In this document: positions 37,752 to 51,024 of the stretch, piece by piece | How the letters are laid out: the number at the start of each line of letters is the position of its first letter | How positions within the stretch are numbered: the stretch's first letter is position 1 | Origin: Owenia fusiformis | Lineage: Eukaryota | Direction: 5' to 3' | Assembly (NCBI GenBank): GCA_903813345.2 | Contig: CAIIXF020000001.1 | Coordinates: 47,554,001 to 47,618,000 of the forward strand | DNA: 64,000 nucleotides | Made by a program: the position numbers and the translations under genes | Notes under the pieces: generated by a model | What the model saw: the letters and a program-made list of their open reading frames with translations, nothing else | Told to the model about the DNA's origin: nothing | Databases searched by the model: none

Positions 37752-38063
37752 CTACAATGTAACAGGTGCACTCAATAAATGTTGCTTCAGAATAAAGTGA
37801 GATTTAATGTCACTCCTTTAAAATCAACTAGTTATTTTGGTATATTGAAGCTCTAAAATAATTGCTTTGCTGAGGTTCATTTGTTCAGGGCTCTAAAGAC
37901 TTTGATTTTAAGAAATCAGTTTAAAATGTTTTAAAGCGAATTTTGCTCTAAAAAATCCATAACTGTAAAAATATCTGGGAAACGAGCATGTAGAGGAAAT
38001 CCAAATCCTTTTATTCAAATTAAATGTAAAAAATATTCCATGTAATAACAAATGCATCCCTAC

Positions 38064-38198
38064 TTCATCATTTTTATCCAGTTCATTTAACATGACAATG
38101 GTAGAGGACTTGTGATCATACACCATTCTCCAAAAGTCTATCACTGTAGAAGGCAAAGGCATCTGAGTCAGCAGGTATTGGTACTTTCTTCTATAGCC
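38064..38198 (-). CDS. RPTP D2 exon
   Basis: GYRRKYQYLLTQMPLPSTVIDFWRMVYDHKSSTIVMLNELDKNDE. Confidence 0.93.
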
Positions 38199-38436
38199 CT
38201 ACAGCATACATTATTGTATGTTTAAACAAACAAACATTCCAATTATAAATCTTTCATATTTGCATACATGCTTATGAGTAATTTGGAAATAGCGATTTGA
38301 TTGATCATGAAACAATTTTCTTTAAAAAATAAATTACAAATTACCTAATAACCAGTCATAAAACAATGAATGGGTTTTATATCTCTTTGTGCTTTACATC
38401 TTTTTCATGCTGCTCCATATATGAGAATATACTTAC

Positions 38437-38510
38437 ATCTATGAAGACTGCATTAATGTAGTCAGTGAGCCCATCTACCTGGGTAGAGAGGAATGGTCGA
38501 CAATGGTCTC
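38437..38510 (-). CDS. RPTP D2 exon
   Basis: DHCRPFLSTQVDGLTDYINAVFID. Confidence 0.92.
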
Positions 38511-38849
38511 CTGCAACAAAAATCGGTTAATTTTTCATCCATCAATAATTTATAAAAATGGCACCATTCGTTAGGCTGACTCGTTTTCAAAAAATGTTGT
38601 CATGTACATCAAAATAGTCAATTTCCCCCTAAAAAGGGCAAAGGTAAGAGATGGAATAAATGGGGTGATTAAGCAGTGTAAACTCCATAAAATGGACATG
38701 AGCAATAGTGGACTAATGGCAGTTTTCATTTTCCAAAATTGTTGACATTGCATCAAACAGATGAGTGGTGATTCCATATAAGGGAGACAAAAACTGAATA
38801 GCACACACACAATCATATTCTTGCAAACACTTATAGAGAAAATTATTAC

Positions 38850-38952
38850 CTGGTACAATAGCTTTATCTCTGTTCTTGTCTTCATTTTGGGGTTCCAGTC
38901 CACTCATTGTCATACTCCTCCTACTTCTGGTTGGACTCATCAGGGTCATTAA
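38850..38952 (-). CDS. RPTP D2 exon
   Basis: LMTLMSPTRSRRSMTMSGLEPQNEDKNRDKAIVP. Confidence 0.9.
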
Positions 38953-39117
38953 CTAGAAAAGTAAAGTTATCAACTGAACCAAAGGTCTGCAGAGAGAAAG
39001 ATAGAATGCAATGAAGTTAAACTTCTGGAGAATGAATTTTGCATTTGCATTAAATGCTGGACAATTTGCATATGTTTAATATTACAATTGATGAAAATAT
39101 CAAAAAGAAAAATTTAC

Positions 39118-39267
39118 CTCAAATTGCTCTTCAATCCAAGACTTCTCTGTGATAGGGTTCTTATCGCATAGTACAGTGTAAGTGTTGACCAGATCTCCTA
39201 CCTTTATGGTGGTATCTCCACACTTAAAGTGTTCAAGCAGAGCACTGTGTACAAATATATACTGATC
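39118..39267 (-). CDS. RPTP D1 end / linker exon
   Basis: DQYIFVHSALLEHFKCGDTTIKVGDLVNTYTVLCDKNPITEKSWIEEQFE. Confidence 0.92.
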
Positions 39268-39524
39268 CTGAAATCACCAGAGAAATATATGAACTCTTGT
39301 AGCAGGGATGTAGGTAAGTATCCAATACAGAAAGGGACTCAGGTAAAATTAAAGTCAATGAAAGCCTTGCTCAAAGGAGTAGAAGACAATGGTTCATAAT
39401 TAAATTGAAGTATTCTTGTATTACATGGTGCAGAGATTCCAAAATATGGATGATCTGCAAGGAAAAATGTAATGTTACCTCAACATAAACCAAAACTTCC
39501 ACATCTTACCAACAAAATAAGTTA

Positions 39525-39737
<213 letters not shown>

Positions 39738-39838
39738 TCACTTCACTTTCCATCCTTTAAAATCAGTTTAAATCTAATAACTCAAGCTTTAAAAAACAAA
39801 AAAACATTGTAGTCATTCCTGATATCTGAAGAACTCAC

Positions 39839-39987
39839 CTGCAGTGTACAATCATAGGTCCCCTGTTAGCCTGGAAGCATTCTAATACCTTACGTCGGAA
39901 CTGTAGAAGCGCAGTAGCATAGGCTGGGGTACCATGATCTGGCCAGCCTATAAAGTGACACTGCGTAACTGACTTTTTCTCCTGCCC
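39839..39987 (-). CDS. RPTP D1 exon (WPD loop)
   Basis: GQEKKSVTQCHFIGWPDHGTPAYATALLQFRRKVLECFQANRGPMIVHC. Confidence 0.95.
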
Positions 39988-40536
39988 CTGTAAGAACATT
40001 ACCTTTGAAAATTATAATTTCAGAACTACATGTAAAAATGAACTTCAAATAAATAGATGTAGTGCTAAGGGGCTGGGTCAATATTTCAATAGTTAGGTAT
40101 TAACCCCCCCTTCAAACGAAAGTCAAAATGTTGATTCACATCTGGTTTGAACAAGTCAAAATTTTAAATTGCATGCATGCATATTAGAAGAACAACCCCA
40201 CTGCATACAATATCTGTTACTGCTATATTACAAAACATTTCAAACTCTCTTTATACTGTACATATTATCTGTTAAGTATATTTAATGATCATACTATGCC
40301 TGTTAAACCAGAAATTGCAGAAGACAAAACCCCGGGAAACTAAAAAATGTTGTTAACCCCCCCCCCTTACATAATTAATTGCTTCTTTAGAGGGACACTG
40401 AAATATTGATCCGACTCCTAAACTTCTAATAGTCCCCTAAAATCATGCAAGTCATTTTGCCTAAATATGTGTCATTTTGAGTGTTTTGCCCATCCCAGTT
40501 GTTATAATCATTGGTAAATTTTACATCTTAACTCAC

Positions 40537-40662
40537 CTTAGATATAGTGAATTTCCTAAAGACAAAGTCTGAGAATCGTTGCGTTTGTAGTGGTTGCACT
40601 GTGATTTCTCCATAGCAACCAGCACCTTCCTCAGTGTCTGGCCAATACTGCTCACATTTTTT
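40537..40662 (-). CDS. RPTP D1 exon
   Basis: KKCEQYWPDTEEGAGCYGEITVQPLQTQRFSDFVFRKFTISK. Confidence 0.93.
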
Positions 40663-40896
40663 CTGCAATTTCCATATAGCACATGTATCATATTTTGAAG
40701 GTTTTTTTCAATATATATACTAGTTTTGCCCCATATATTCCTTGACATGTCTTTTTCTAAAGAATCAACCAAATAAACATTCATTCAAACTATTACACTT
40801 TTTCTGTCCCCTTTTAATCAATATATTACACTTTTTAATGACTTGAGTTGAAAAATCAATTCAAATTGGAGGAATATTATATAAATGAAATCCTAC

Positions 40897-41031
40897 CCTT
40901 CCATCCTCAATGAGGTTTGTAACCATGACAATTACTGAGGCATCTTGTTGCCATGCCAACCGCCATATGTCATTTTTAGTTAATGGACTTGGTCCTTGTG
41001 TTGCGATATAAGTTTTAGACTTTTTGTAGCC
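40897..41031 (-). CDS. RPTP D1 exon
   Basis: GYKKSKTYIATQGPSPLTKNDIWRLAWQQDASVIVMVTNLIEDGR. Confidence 0.94.
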
Positions 41032-41258
41032 CTGGAATCAATAAAATAATGTAATGTTAAATTAAGAATTATAATTGAACTTAATGAAGAATCATTATGC
41101 AAATAAAATGAACTAATAATAATGCAAAGAAAGTATTTTGCAAATCAAATTTAGGGATTTTTCAATGCACTTTAAAACTTCATTTTTTCTGTCTATGCAA
41201 GCCTGTTGCTGAGTTTAAACTTTGAATTGTAGGTAAGCTTTCATGTGCTTTTACTTAC

Positions 41259-41423
41259 ATCGATGTAGTTACCATTGATGTAATCAGAATGTGGGTCATC
41301 TTCCAATTTTTCTAGAATCACCCTAGAGTGATCATAGGCCACAATGTTGGCATAACGATTCTTTCCCTTATTTCCAGGAGCTTTAGCCATTTCAGTCTTC
41401 GCCTTTAACCCTGCTGGCAGTTT
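41259..41423 (-). CDS. RPTP D1 exon (KNRY loop)
   Basis: [55 protein letters not shown]. Confidence 0.95.
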
Positions 41424-41627
41424 CTGAAGTCATAGAAAAATTCAGTTTGAGTTAATTTGAATAGTGCATGTATTTTTCCAGGATAGCAAAAATGAATTGA
41501 CAATGAAAGATCTTGTTTTAATGGACCTATTCCAACCTTATAACGGCTACTAAGAAAATATCACATGCAAAAGGTATTATAATTGGATCCTGTGATATTG
41601 ATGGCTCTGTTGTACATGTACATTTAC

Positions 41628-41800
41628 CTGGTATTCCTGCTTGAACCCAGTGTCTTTGCTTTCCCTGTTAGTCTGGATATGTTGCCAGAGGTCATCTATT
41701 TTAATGGCCTTGTGAATGTCATAATTGCTGTACAGAGGTTCAGAGTCAGACTCCACATCTCCAGTCAGAGGTAACATCTCAGAGAGGTCACCAGCAGATT
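41628..41800 (-). CDS. RPTP juxtamembrane/wedge exon
   Basis: SAGDLSEMLPLTGDVESDSEPLYSNYDIHKAIKIDDLWQHIQTNRESKDTGFKQEYQ. Confidence 0.88.
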
Positions 41801-42336
41801 CTAACAATCAAATAAATGGAGTATTCATGAAAAACAATTGATGGATTTGTGTGGTGACAATTAACTATTAAAAAAATATCATTATCCATGAGTGGATATT
41901 GATATATATAATAGGATTTATTTGTACTGATACCCTTTTAGGGCCAAACGTACATCTAACATACAATTTTCAGTTGATTATCTAGAAAAAGTTGAAATCT
42001 ATCTACAACAATCAATTATTTTAAAATAAAATGCTCATACTTATGCCAAAACATGTTTTAAGATATCTGTATGGAAATTCATTTAAACTTTCAAGTCAAC
42101 ATAGAACTGCACAAAGACCTGAAAGACTGATAGTCTTATAATCATTTTATTGTCTCTCAAATGTTATATATTAGTAACTCTTCAATGTATTCACTTAGAT
42201 ATTTAAAGGTTTGGGGTGACAACAGCATGAAGACGTTGCATGAGATTGTAATGGACAGTAAAGCAGTTTATTATATTGTGGCAAAAATTTGGCATATCTT
42301 TAAAACAGAAGTCTACATGTAACAACGAAACACTAC

Positions 42337-42419
42337 CTGAAGCTGATGGTTTGCTTGCTGTTGATATAAGAGACTCATCTCTCTCAGCCAAGGCATAGTC
42401 TTTCTTTGGTTGCTGTCTC
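42337..42419 (-). CDS. RPTP juxtamembrane exon
   Basis: RQQPKKDYALAERDESLISTASKPSAS; supplies the phase 2 to phase 1 link needed between the TM exon and the next exon. Confidence 0.75.
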
Positions 42420-42467
42420 CTATAGTGACATCAACATCAATTATTGTTTTAACTCTAAACATTACTA

Positions 42468-42871
42468 CAGGGTGGGCCAAAGAAACCAATACCAAAGTTT
42501 AAAGATGAACATCATGATATATGTTAAATCATGCCATGTTTTATACATGTATATCATTTTAAAGATAATCAAAATCGTTGTTTTTTGTGGAGTTAGAGCC
42601 TGAAATTGACACCAGGAGTATCACGAGCGACAAAAAATTATTCCCTGTAGATTTCTAAATTGTGGAAAGTAGAGAAAAATTTGAACTTAGAGGTATATTT
42701 ATACACTGTGTTAATCTTAGCCTTTAAATCCACAAAAAACAAAGGTTTTTCGATCGGATGGTGTCATATTGTTAGGAAATGATTTATCTTTAACATGATA
42801 TATAATACATGGCATGATTCATATGAATTATTCATCTTTAAACTTGGGTATTGGTTTTTTGGCCATTCCTG
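42468..42871. mobile_element. Tc1/mariner-type MITE
   Basis: TA|CAGGGTGGGCCAAAGAAACCAATACCAAAGTTTAAAGATGAA...TTCATCTTTAAACTTGGGTATTGGTTTTTTGGCCATTCCTG|TA. Confidence 0.8.
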
Positions 42872-43110
42872 TATATTTAATTGGTTCATTCACTTGCGAA
42901 TACATGTTTTGATTGTAAGGTTATGTCATCAAATTGAACATATTTAAGAAGTCAATTTGCACATTTAGATTTAACTAAAAGTTTTAAGTATATTATAATA
43001 TTTGAAGGTCCACATGAAAAGCAACTCAATGTACAACAAAAAAAATTCAAAAAAGACTGCAGAGTATAGTACATTATGTGTAGTTGAAAACAGAATCAGG
43101 CTGTCAAGAT

Positions 43111-44490
43111 AATAACCAGAACAACGGCAACGCCAAAGCGTAGCGAATCCCATCGAACAGAAATGGCTGGCATTTTTACAAACGAAATATATAGCAAATA
43201 TCATAAAACAACACACCAGAAAGGCCACCATTTTCAAAATGGTTGCTCACTAGCCAAGTTGTCATCAGAAGAAATAATATGCTTTTAAGAAGCCACCTAT
43301 AAAATTTTTGAAAAATCGCACACATGTACTTGTAATTTTTCAAAATGGCCGACTACTCCCCAAAGTTTTATTAGAAAATGTGCCATGCTTAGAGTATTCA
43401 CATATCAAATATGAACAAAATCACTCCACTACTTTTCGAGTTATAGTTAAAAATGTAAAATGACAGCCATTTTTTAAAATGGCCACCTACTATCCGAAGT
43501 GTCATGAGACAGTGTGCAAGGCTCATGAGTATTCACAAATCAAATATGAACAAAATCGCTTCACTACTTTTCAAGTTATAGAAAATTACGTTAAAATGGG
43601 GCCATTTTTCAAAATGGCCACCTTCTACCAAAAGTGTCTTTAGACAGTGTGCCATGCTTATAGTATTCACATACCAAATATGAATAAAATCGCGTCACTA
43701 CTTTTCGAGTTATAGTAAAATACGTTAAAATGGCGGCCATTTTTCAAAATGGCCACCTTCTACCAAAAGTGTCTTTAGACAGTGTGCCATGCTTATAGTA
43801 TTCACATACCAAATATGAACAAAATCGCGTCACTACTTTTCAAGTTATAGTAAAATATGTTAAAATGGCAGCCATTTTTCAAATTTTTTTTCAAAATGGC
43901 CACCTTCTTCCAAAAGTGTCATAGGACAGTGTGCCATGCTTATAGTATTCACATACCAAATATGAACAAAATCGCTCCACTACTTTTCGAGTTATAGTAA
44001 AAAACGTTAAAATGGCGGCCATTTTTCAAAATGGCCGCCTTCTACCAAAAGTGTCTTTAGACAGTGTGCAATGTTTATAGTATTCACATACCAAATATGA
44101 ACAAAATCGCTCCACTACTTTTCGAGTTACAGCAAAAATCGTAAAATAAAGAGTAAAGGCCGCCATTTTTCAAGATGGCTGCCATGTGCTTTTTTAATAC
44201 CTACATTTGTAGCTTTATTAATGTCCTTTATAATTTTTTTACATTTAAAACATATTGCTATTACAGTTTTACATATTGCACCTAAATTACTGTAAAATCG
44301 GCACTAAAATGGCTGCCATTTTGAAATGAGTGGCCATTTTGAAAATCGGCTTTCGAGCAGAACTTCTACCCCCATAGGGTATATGTGTACAAAATATGAA
44401 CAAAATCAGGCCAACGGTATTTGAGTTATTGCCCGGACGGACGGACGGAGGCGTTCCCTATATCCCTCCGAACTTCGTTCGATGGGATAA
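43111..44490 (-). mobile_element. Helentron-associated (HINE/DINE-1-like) non-autonomous element with a ~135-bp central array
   Basis: 12-bp subterminal IR ATCCCATCGAAC (43147-43158) / GTTCGATGGGAT (44477-44488); terminal hairpins; (CGGA)n microsatellite at 44434-44448; ~6 array units. Confidence 0.78.
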
Positions 44491-44656
44491 CTAACCTGAT
44501 AAAGTATCCAATCTGAAGACAAAGTTACTTCATATTGACTTAATTTTTCACACAAATGAAATAAATAAATAAATAAAAATTGTGAAATTCTTGTGTTTTA
44601 ATATGCCAAATAGCTATATAGTTGCCCTGGACTTTAAGTTATTGAATGGTCTAAAG

Positions 44657-44739
44657 TGCAATACAGGATATATTCTGCCAATACAGAATATCGAGATATT
44701 ATGTACTGGCACGAGGGCAGAATATTTCCTGTATTGCAC
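44657..44739. repeat. Short hairpin MITE-like palindrome
   Basis: GTGCAATACAGGATATATTCTGCC / GGCAGAATATTTCCTGTATTGCAC. Confidence 0.65.
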
Positions 44740-45501
44740 TTCAAATCATCCTATAACGTTCTTATCGTGTGATCTTAGGTCAATTCATTTTACTTAGAAG
44801 ATAATCCCAAGGAAATTTTCTCCATTCTCTGTTGCTACTGAAATTGTCCCCTCCGTACCAATATTTTCTGTACAGCTACGGAGATGATCAATGGGGACTC
44901 AGTAGCAATACAGATTGGTACAGCACAAGAACTGACCAATCAGAGGGCTTCATTTCACAGATCATCTCATTGTCATGGGATCATTGTCCATAACACAAGA
45001 ATTTCAACATCAAATAAAAGGAATTTCCAGCAATATTCTAGCTATAAGTTAATATCGTCAATTAAATAATATGGCACAATATTTGCTGGAAATGCTCCCT
45101 CTAAAATAAATATACACAGTACTAGTGGCCATAACTCATAATAATAATTTTCCTTGAATATTCCATAATTTTATACCAAATTTGTCAATTTCTCCAAAAC
45201 ATTTTAAATTTATGAATCCAAAATCAATTGCCTATTAATGGCATCAACTCCATAAATCTGAGAAAGGATAATTTGCAAACATTACATTTTTTGAGAAATG
45301 GACTCAAATAAGTTTACAATATTCACAGCATTCTTTTAGTTACAAGTGTGACCACTATGTCATCTTTAATTGAGCATCAATTATCTGTAACCATCTCTCC
45401 CCACCACCTCTCTTCCCCCACAACTACAGCTCAGCTACAACAGAGGATGGTACACAAATATTTGATTCACAACTAAACATGTTGCATGGAGTGAAAGTTA
45501 C

Positions 45502-45613
45502 CTTTTATAGAAGATAAATGCGATTGCTACTATGAGAAGAATTAGAAGAATGGCAGTAGTAACTATGGCTGCTATGACACCATTGTTGGAGCCTGGAGGA
45601 GGTGGGGTTACTA
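45502..45613 (-). CDS. RPTP transmembrane exon
   Basis: VTPPPPGSNNGVIAAIVTTAILLILLIVAIAFIFYKR. Confidence 0.9.
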
Positions 45614-47097
45614 CTACAACACAACAAACAATGGATAGCAAGTGATAAGTATCAACTCCCATTAACCCTTGTCCCCAAAATGGGATGCTTATCATATAAA
45701 GGTATATAAGGAACAAATCATGAATCTTTTTGTGATGAATTTATGATATATATTTGGAAGATTTGCATGAAGTTGGATAAATTCTGTATTGGAAAATCAT
45801 CTCAATATTTTCATAATTTGTTCTTCTGAAAACTATGAAAAAAAAATTCCCTATACCATAACCTACATTACCAGAACACTTTTTGAATCCTAAGGCAATC
45901 CTAAAGTGCTCTATTAAACATACAGTTCATGAAAATCTAATTGAAGTGACGGTTATGTCCGCCATTTGTGACAACGGTATCGTGTCAGGCTATTCCGGTG
46001 TGAATACAGTCAATATTGACAGTCACTATGATAGATACAGGAACTATCCAGTGCCTTATACAAGCCAGAAAACCATTAAGATTTTGTCAAGCTTCTAACT
46101 GAGCTGCCTTTATATAGTACTTCATAGAAATCTGTATGAACTCTAGAAGATAGAATACTTTATCATAACTACAATTGTTCCAGTAATGTCTCTTACTCGA
46201 AACTTTATAACAATTAATAATAAATTAATTGGTTTTATGTGTTTTTTATGGGAGTTAGTCAATTATAACATTTCAATTCTGAAGTTTGCATGTAAACAAA
46301 ACTGGTTGCCAGGAAATACAGTTCAATGTAGGTCAACGCGCATGCGCAGAAAATCATCAATTTCCTTCCATTTTTTATTGAGGCTGGAGGTAGCTCTTGA
46401 TATCTGAGCGAATCTTGTAAGTATTTACCCGCCAACCCTCCCCCAAAAAGACCCATGAATTATCCCCCAACTAAGGTGAGATCAAGAAAATGGTAAAAGA
46501 GATATGGTTAGTAATAAATGAAGGTAAGCAACTAAAGTAATCACTATTATATTGCTCAAATGTATATCTTTAATGACTACTCCCTAAAAAAACCCACATA
46601 GACCAAAAATACAAATAAATAAGGAATGTTTTGAGAGAAGTCTTTCCCAGGGTTCTATTTCTATTGAAAGGTAAGATTTAGCCAATTTGGACAAACATAT
46701 ATTTAAGTTCAGTATGTGATACTTGCCACCAAAAAAGATAAAAGTTTTATGTATACAATAGACAAACATGTATTCAGTTATTAGTTACAACAAACAGTGC
46801 TCAATAATACTAGATGTTTGTGAAGTTGAAACAACATTTTAAAACATAATGTGCACAATCTGTGTTTGCATGTGTATATCAACACTCTAAATGGGTGCTC
46901 CTTAATTAACTCTTGATCTATTAAAGTACAGGCTTTGACAATGACAATCTTAGGATTGTGTGGGAGTGTAATGGTGTTGAATAAAGTAAACAACATTATT
47001 TATTTATTTTTACAAACACAGTCTTCAAAAAATTCTTTTTAAAATTGTTGATTTTTGCAATGGCATTAACTTTAATGTGTTGATTAAGAATCCTTAC

Positions 47098-47426
47098 CTG
47101 GAAGGACAAGTACTGGCAGCTGGGTGTATTTACTAAAGGTGACACCATCTGCGGAGTTAAGGGCACCTACAGAGATGTTGTACTGTCCTCCTTTCTCCAA
47201 GGGAGCATTGTAATATATACCATAGAATTTGCCATCACCAAGGGTAAACTCAATAGGTTTAGCAAAGAGATCCTTCTGGTCTTTGCGAATCTCTGCAGCA
47301 ATGTAGTAGTTTAGGCCATTCTCTTTAGCAGTAGCAAAATCAGAAAGTTCCTCGTTTGCTAAGCTTCGCCGTCTCCTACTGACAATAGTGTCTGAGTCAA
47401 CACGTCGCACAACCACTTGGTATTTA
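47098..47426 (-). CDS. RPTP membrane-proximal ectodomain exon with furin-type site
   Basis: KYQVVVRRVDSDTIVSRRRRSLANEE...YYIAAEI...FTLGDGKFYGIYYNAPLEKGGQYNISVGA. Confidence 0.92.
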
Positions 47427-47636
47427 CTGCAATAGAATTTTTGAATGGTGAATGGATTTAAAACAAGTTACTGACTACAAATTCCATATTGAACATTATC
47501 CATAGATATTAACATTAATAATTCAAACATACAAGTATATCACATTAACTTTATTCGCAACTAACCACGGGTCAATTATTGAACTTGAACAGCAAATGAG
47601 ACATTCTGGTTAAATCTGATTAATAATTAAACCTAC

Positions 47637-47736
47637 TCAACAAGGTTGTGCTGATGCGCCTGGAATGGCTGGAGCTGCAGAATCACTGACGTTTCAGATA
47701 CAGAAACAAGATCAGGGGCTGCCACATCTGGAGGAC
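47637..47736 (-). CDS. RPTP ectodomain exon
   Basis: PPDVAAPDLVSVSETSVILQLQPFQAHQHNLV. Confidence 0.85.
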
Positions 47737-48450
47737 CTACAAAACAGTCAAATGTTACACTTTTGTTAACATAAATGTATAGTCAGTGATCTAATAACTC
47801 CATACAATAATTCTATATCTATCTATAAATATACTTTTTTATGTACATAGAGAACAGTATAATAAATATCCCATGTTCATTCAGGCAATGTGATATAAAC
47901 ACTGTATTCTTAAGTGAGTTAGGCAAAAGTAGGTCAACCAATGGTGTAAACTAGCATGGACCCCCATATAATGGATATTGGGATTAGTTCAGGTCATTTA
48001 TCATTATTCAAAAGTTGATGAAAGATTGATGGATATGTTAGTGATTCCATAGGCATCAACATTTATCAAATACAGTTTTCATAATTTTGCAATTGAGTTG
48101 AATCATGTAAAGCAACTGACTATGAAATCTGTCCACTTTGACTTTAATATACAAGACATAACATGATGGGACATGTTGGGAATGCAATGCTGATTCCTTA
48201 TTTTACTCACAAAAATACTGTGGCTAAACAATATATCACCACTTAGGGTGAGGACTCAAACATTAGGGAGTTTAAGCTTGCAATGTTTTTCACAACCTAA
48301 ACATGAACGGGAGATATTTAAGTGATGCATTTGTATGGACGATTGGCCATACGTATAGGTTGGCCATTCCATTTTATATATCTTAAACTCCCTAATGATT
48401 ATTGAGATTGTGTACTGTAAGTAACTAAAATTGGGTAAACAAAAACTTAC

Positions 48451-48759
48451 TTGCAGGCAAAGTCCATACTTTTATTTCCACAGGGTGACTATCTCCAAAG
48501 TTAGATTTGGCCACTACTTGGCACACATATTCACTCCCTGGTTGGAGATTAGTGAACATTTGATGTTGGTCAGATACCTCATATTGCTGAGGCTGACTCT
48601 CAGTGGTAGGTCTTGACTGTAGGAATGGAAGACTTGGTATCATGCACTGTACTTGGTACGATCTCACAATGAAGGCACATCTAGCTGGTTCCATCCATTC
48701 TAACTTTAATGAAGTACTACTTCGAGACACATTGCGTAGACTTTCTGGGTCACTTGGTG
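48451..48759 (-). CDS. RPTP FN3 repeat 6
   Basis: PSDPESLRNVSRSSTSLKLEWMEP...FTNLQPGSEYVCQVVAKSNFGDS. Confidence 0.92.
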
Positions 48760-48986
48760 CTGGAAAAGTGAACAAAACAATCATCAAATTTCAAATGAAT
48801 CTAGCCGACGTGTTACCACAGGAATGTATGAAAATTTTTCATGATTGTTTCCCGAATGTCCTTCATGACTTCATTTGCCAGTTTTTTCATCAGAGTATCA
48901 GTTCTATGAATAAAAAATCTGAAATATAATGTGGACATAATCTATGAGATACATTTAAGGTAAATGCCCATAATATACGTACTAAC

Positions 48987-49056
48987 CTCCAGGTGAGGTA
49001 GAAACCCATATATCCTCACTCCACTCCCCAGCCCCTTCCCTTGTAGCTGCTCGAAC
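48987..49056 (-). CDS. RPTP FN3 repeat 5, C-terminal part
   Basis: VRAATREGAGEWSEDIWVSTSPG. Confidence 0.9.
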
Positions 49057-49149
49057 CTACAACCAAACAACCCATTAATTTAAGACACAGACAGTAGCCT
49101 TTGAAATGTCAAAAGCTAGCTCATAAAAATTACAATATTTGGATATTCT

Positions 49150-49318
49150 GGTAAAATGATGAATTCTTGAGACTTATTTAGAGTTGCATGGAATAATTTC
49201 CTTGACTGTAAAATGATGTATTCTTGAGATTTATAGTTGCATGGAATAATTTCCTTGACTGTAAAATGATGTATTCTTCAGATTTATTTAGAGTTTCATG
49301 GAATAATTTCCTTTACTG
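49150..49318 (+). repeat. ~55-bp tandem repeat, 3 copies
   Basis: GTAAAATGATGTATTCTTGAGA...GTTGCATGGAATAATTTCCTTGACT repeated. Confidence 0.85.
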
Positions 49319-49515
49319 GACATCTAGTATTTGAACAATCCTTTTGCATACTCTCACACAATTAAACTTTTGAAATACTTGTAGTTAGAGATAAGATAAT
49401 GTACTTGGTTTTGTGAAGTGTCCAATATTCCAGATATACGAGCAGCAAATAGTTTATATCATATTGACCTCGGGATAATTCCAATATCCTGAACCTCATC
49501 ATAATCTCTATTTAC

Positions 49516-49736
49516 CCATATCTGGTACTCTGTGCCAGGACAAAGGTTTCCGATGACAACTCGAGTTTCTGATCCAATAATCTTCTTAAATTCAGCTCGA
49601 CCTTCAGTTGTCTTGAACTTGATGTCATACGACATGATGCGTCCTTTGGGAGGATAGGGGGCGACCCATTGAATGCTAATAGAGCTGTATGTTTGTTTGC
49701 CATGAGCTGAGGAGACTGTTTTTACTTGACCAGGAG
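49516..49736 (-). CDS. RPTP FN3 repeat 5, N-terminal part
   Basis: PGQVKTVSS...SISIQWVAPYPPKGRIMSYDIKF...GNLCPGTEYQIW. Confidence 0.92.
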
Positions 49737-49959
49737 CTACAAATAAAATTTTGTTCAATTGTAATCAATGCAATGCAGCATTCATTTCTACAAATATACA
49801 AACAGCATTCCAATCGTGCCTAAACTATGAACATGTTGCGTCTTTAATTACTACAATTTTTCATCAAATCCAAAAATTTATATTGAAAAAATGAAAAGTG
49901 ACCTGACAGACATGGTTTAGGAAGTATTGACTTTATACCAAAAGTGTCTGGAGACTTAC

Positions 49960-50100
49960 TTGAAGGATGTGTTCTGAAAATTATTTCACTGTAGAGTCCT
50001 GGCTGCTTATCATTCTCAAAGTTGACCTCGAAGACATATGTCGAGTAAGGGATAAGGTTACTAAAGGTCTTGTATGTGTGGAACTCTGATGACACTATAC
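49960..50100 (-). CDS. RPTP FN3 repeat 4, C-terminal part
   Basis: IVSSEFHTYKTFSNLIPYSTYVFEVNFENDKQPGLYSEIIFRTHPS. Confidence 0.9.
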
Positions 50101-50438
50101 CTGCAAATAATAACGATATACAAAGTGAATCCAATATGACAAATTGTAAACAACATGGGTGTTTATTGTAAATGGTTACAAATATGTTAGACTAAATTTT
50201 ACCAACACCAACTGACAACACCAAAAAGAAGATGTGTCACAAAAATGGTTGCTGTGAATAACATTATGATGCTGACATAATTTAAAAATGATAATTTATC
50301 TGAAAGGCTTCATTTGAAGTACAGCTGGTATTTTCTTATCTCCTGATCACAGTAATTTAAAACATCTTCGCCATGTAATCAAGGATTTTTATGAGTAAAT
50401 TAAAATCAATGGTTAATCTCATAGTGAAGGGTACTTAC

Positions 50439-50603
50439 CAGTGCGCTGAATGTCAATGTCACTATAATTCAAATTAGTGAGTCTGTATTGGTAGTTCTTG
50501 AACAATCCATTGCGTTCATTACAAGGTGGTGGGGCCCATGTGAGGAGAGCACTCTCTGATGTTACATTCTTGGCTGCTACATTAACTGGCATTCCCCATG
50601 GAC
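50439..50603 (-). CDS. RPTP FN3 repeat 4, N-terminal part
   Basis: PWGMPVNVAARNVTSESALLTWAPPPCNERNGLFKNYQYRLTNLNYSDIDIQRT. Confidence 0.9.
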
Positions 50604-50656
50604 CTGAGAATAAAAGGCAGAATCTTTAAAATTTGCTATTCATTGATGGTCAATCA

Positions 50657-50900
50657 GTATTTGAGTTATTGCCCAGGCACACAGACAAACGAACGAACAA
50701 TGTACAGACTGGCGTCTTTTAATATATAAATACACTGTCCCATTTGTTTTAATAAAGAGCAACAGAAGCATACAATCTTTACACATGGATAAATTCAGAC
50801 CAACATTTGGATATCTACACCATGTACACCACTGATGGATGAACAGACGGACAAACGGACTGCTTTCCAATATCCCCTCGAACTTTGTTTGGTGGGATAA
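50657..50900 (-). mobile_element. HINE-like terminal remnant
   Basis: GTATTTGAGTTATTGCCC, (ACGG)-like microsatellite and TATCCCCTCGAACTTTGTTTGGTGGGATAA match 44417-44490. Confidence 0.6.
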
Positions 50901-51024
50901 TGACTCCTCTCCCAAACAAATCAAATAACATTATTGTTGGTGATATAATGACTTTGTACCTACACTGATAATATCATTATAATCACGAGTAGCTACAACA
51001 TGAAGATATATCAATTGAACTTAC

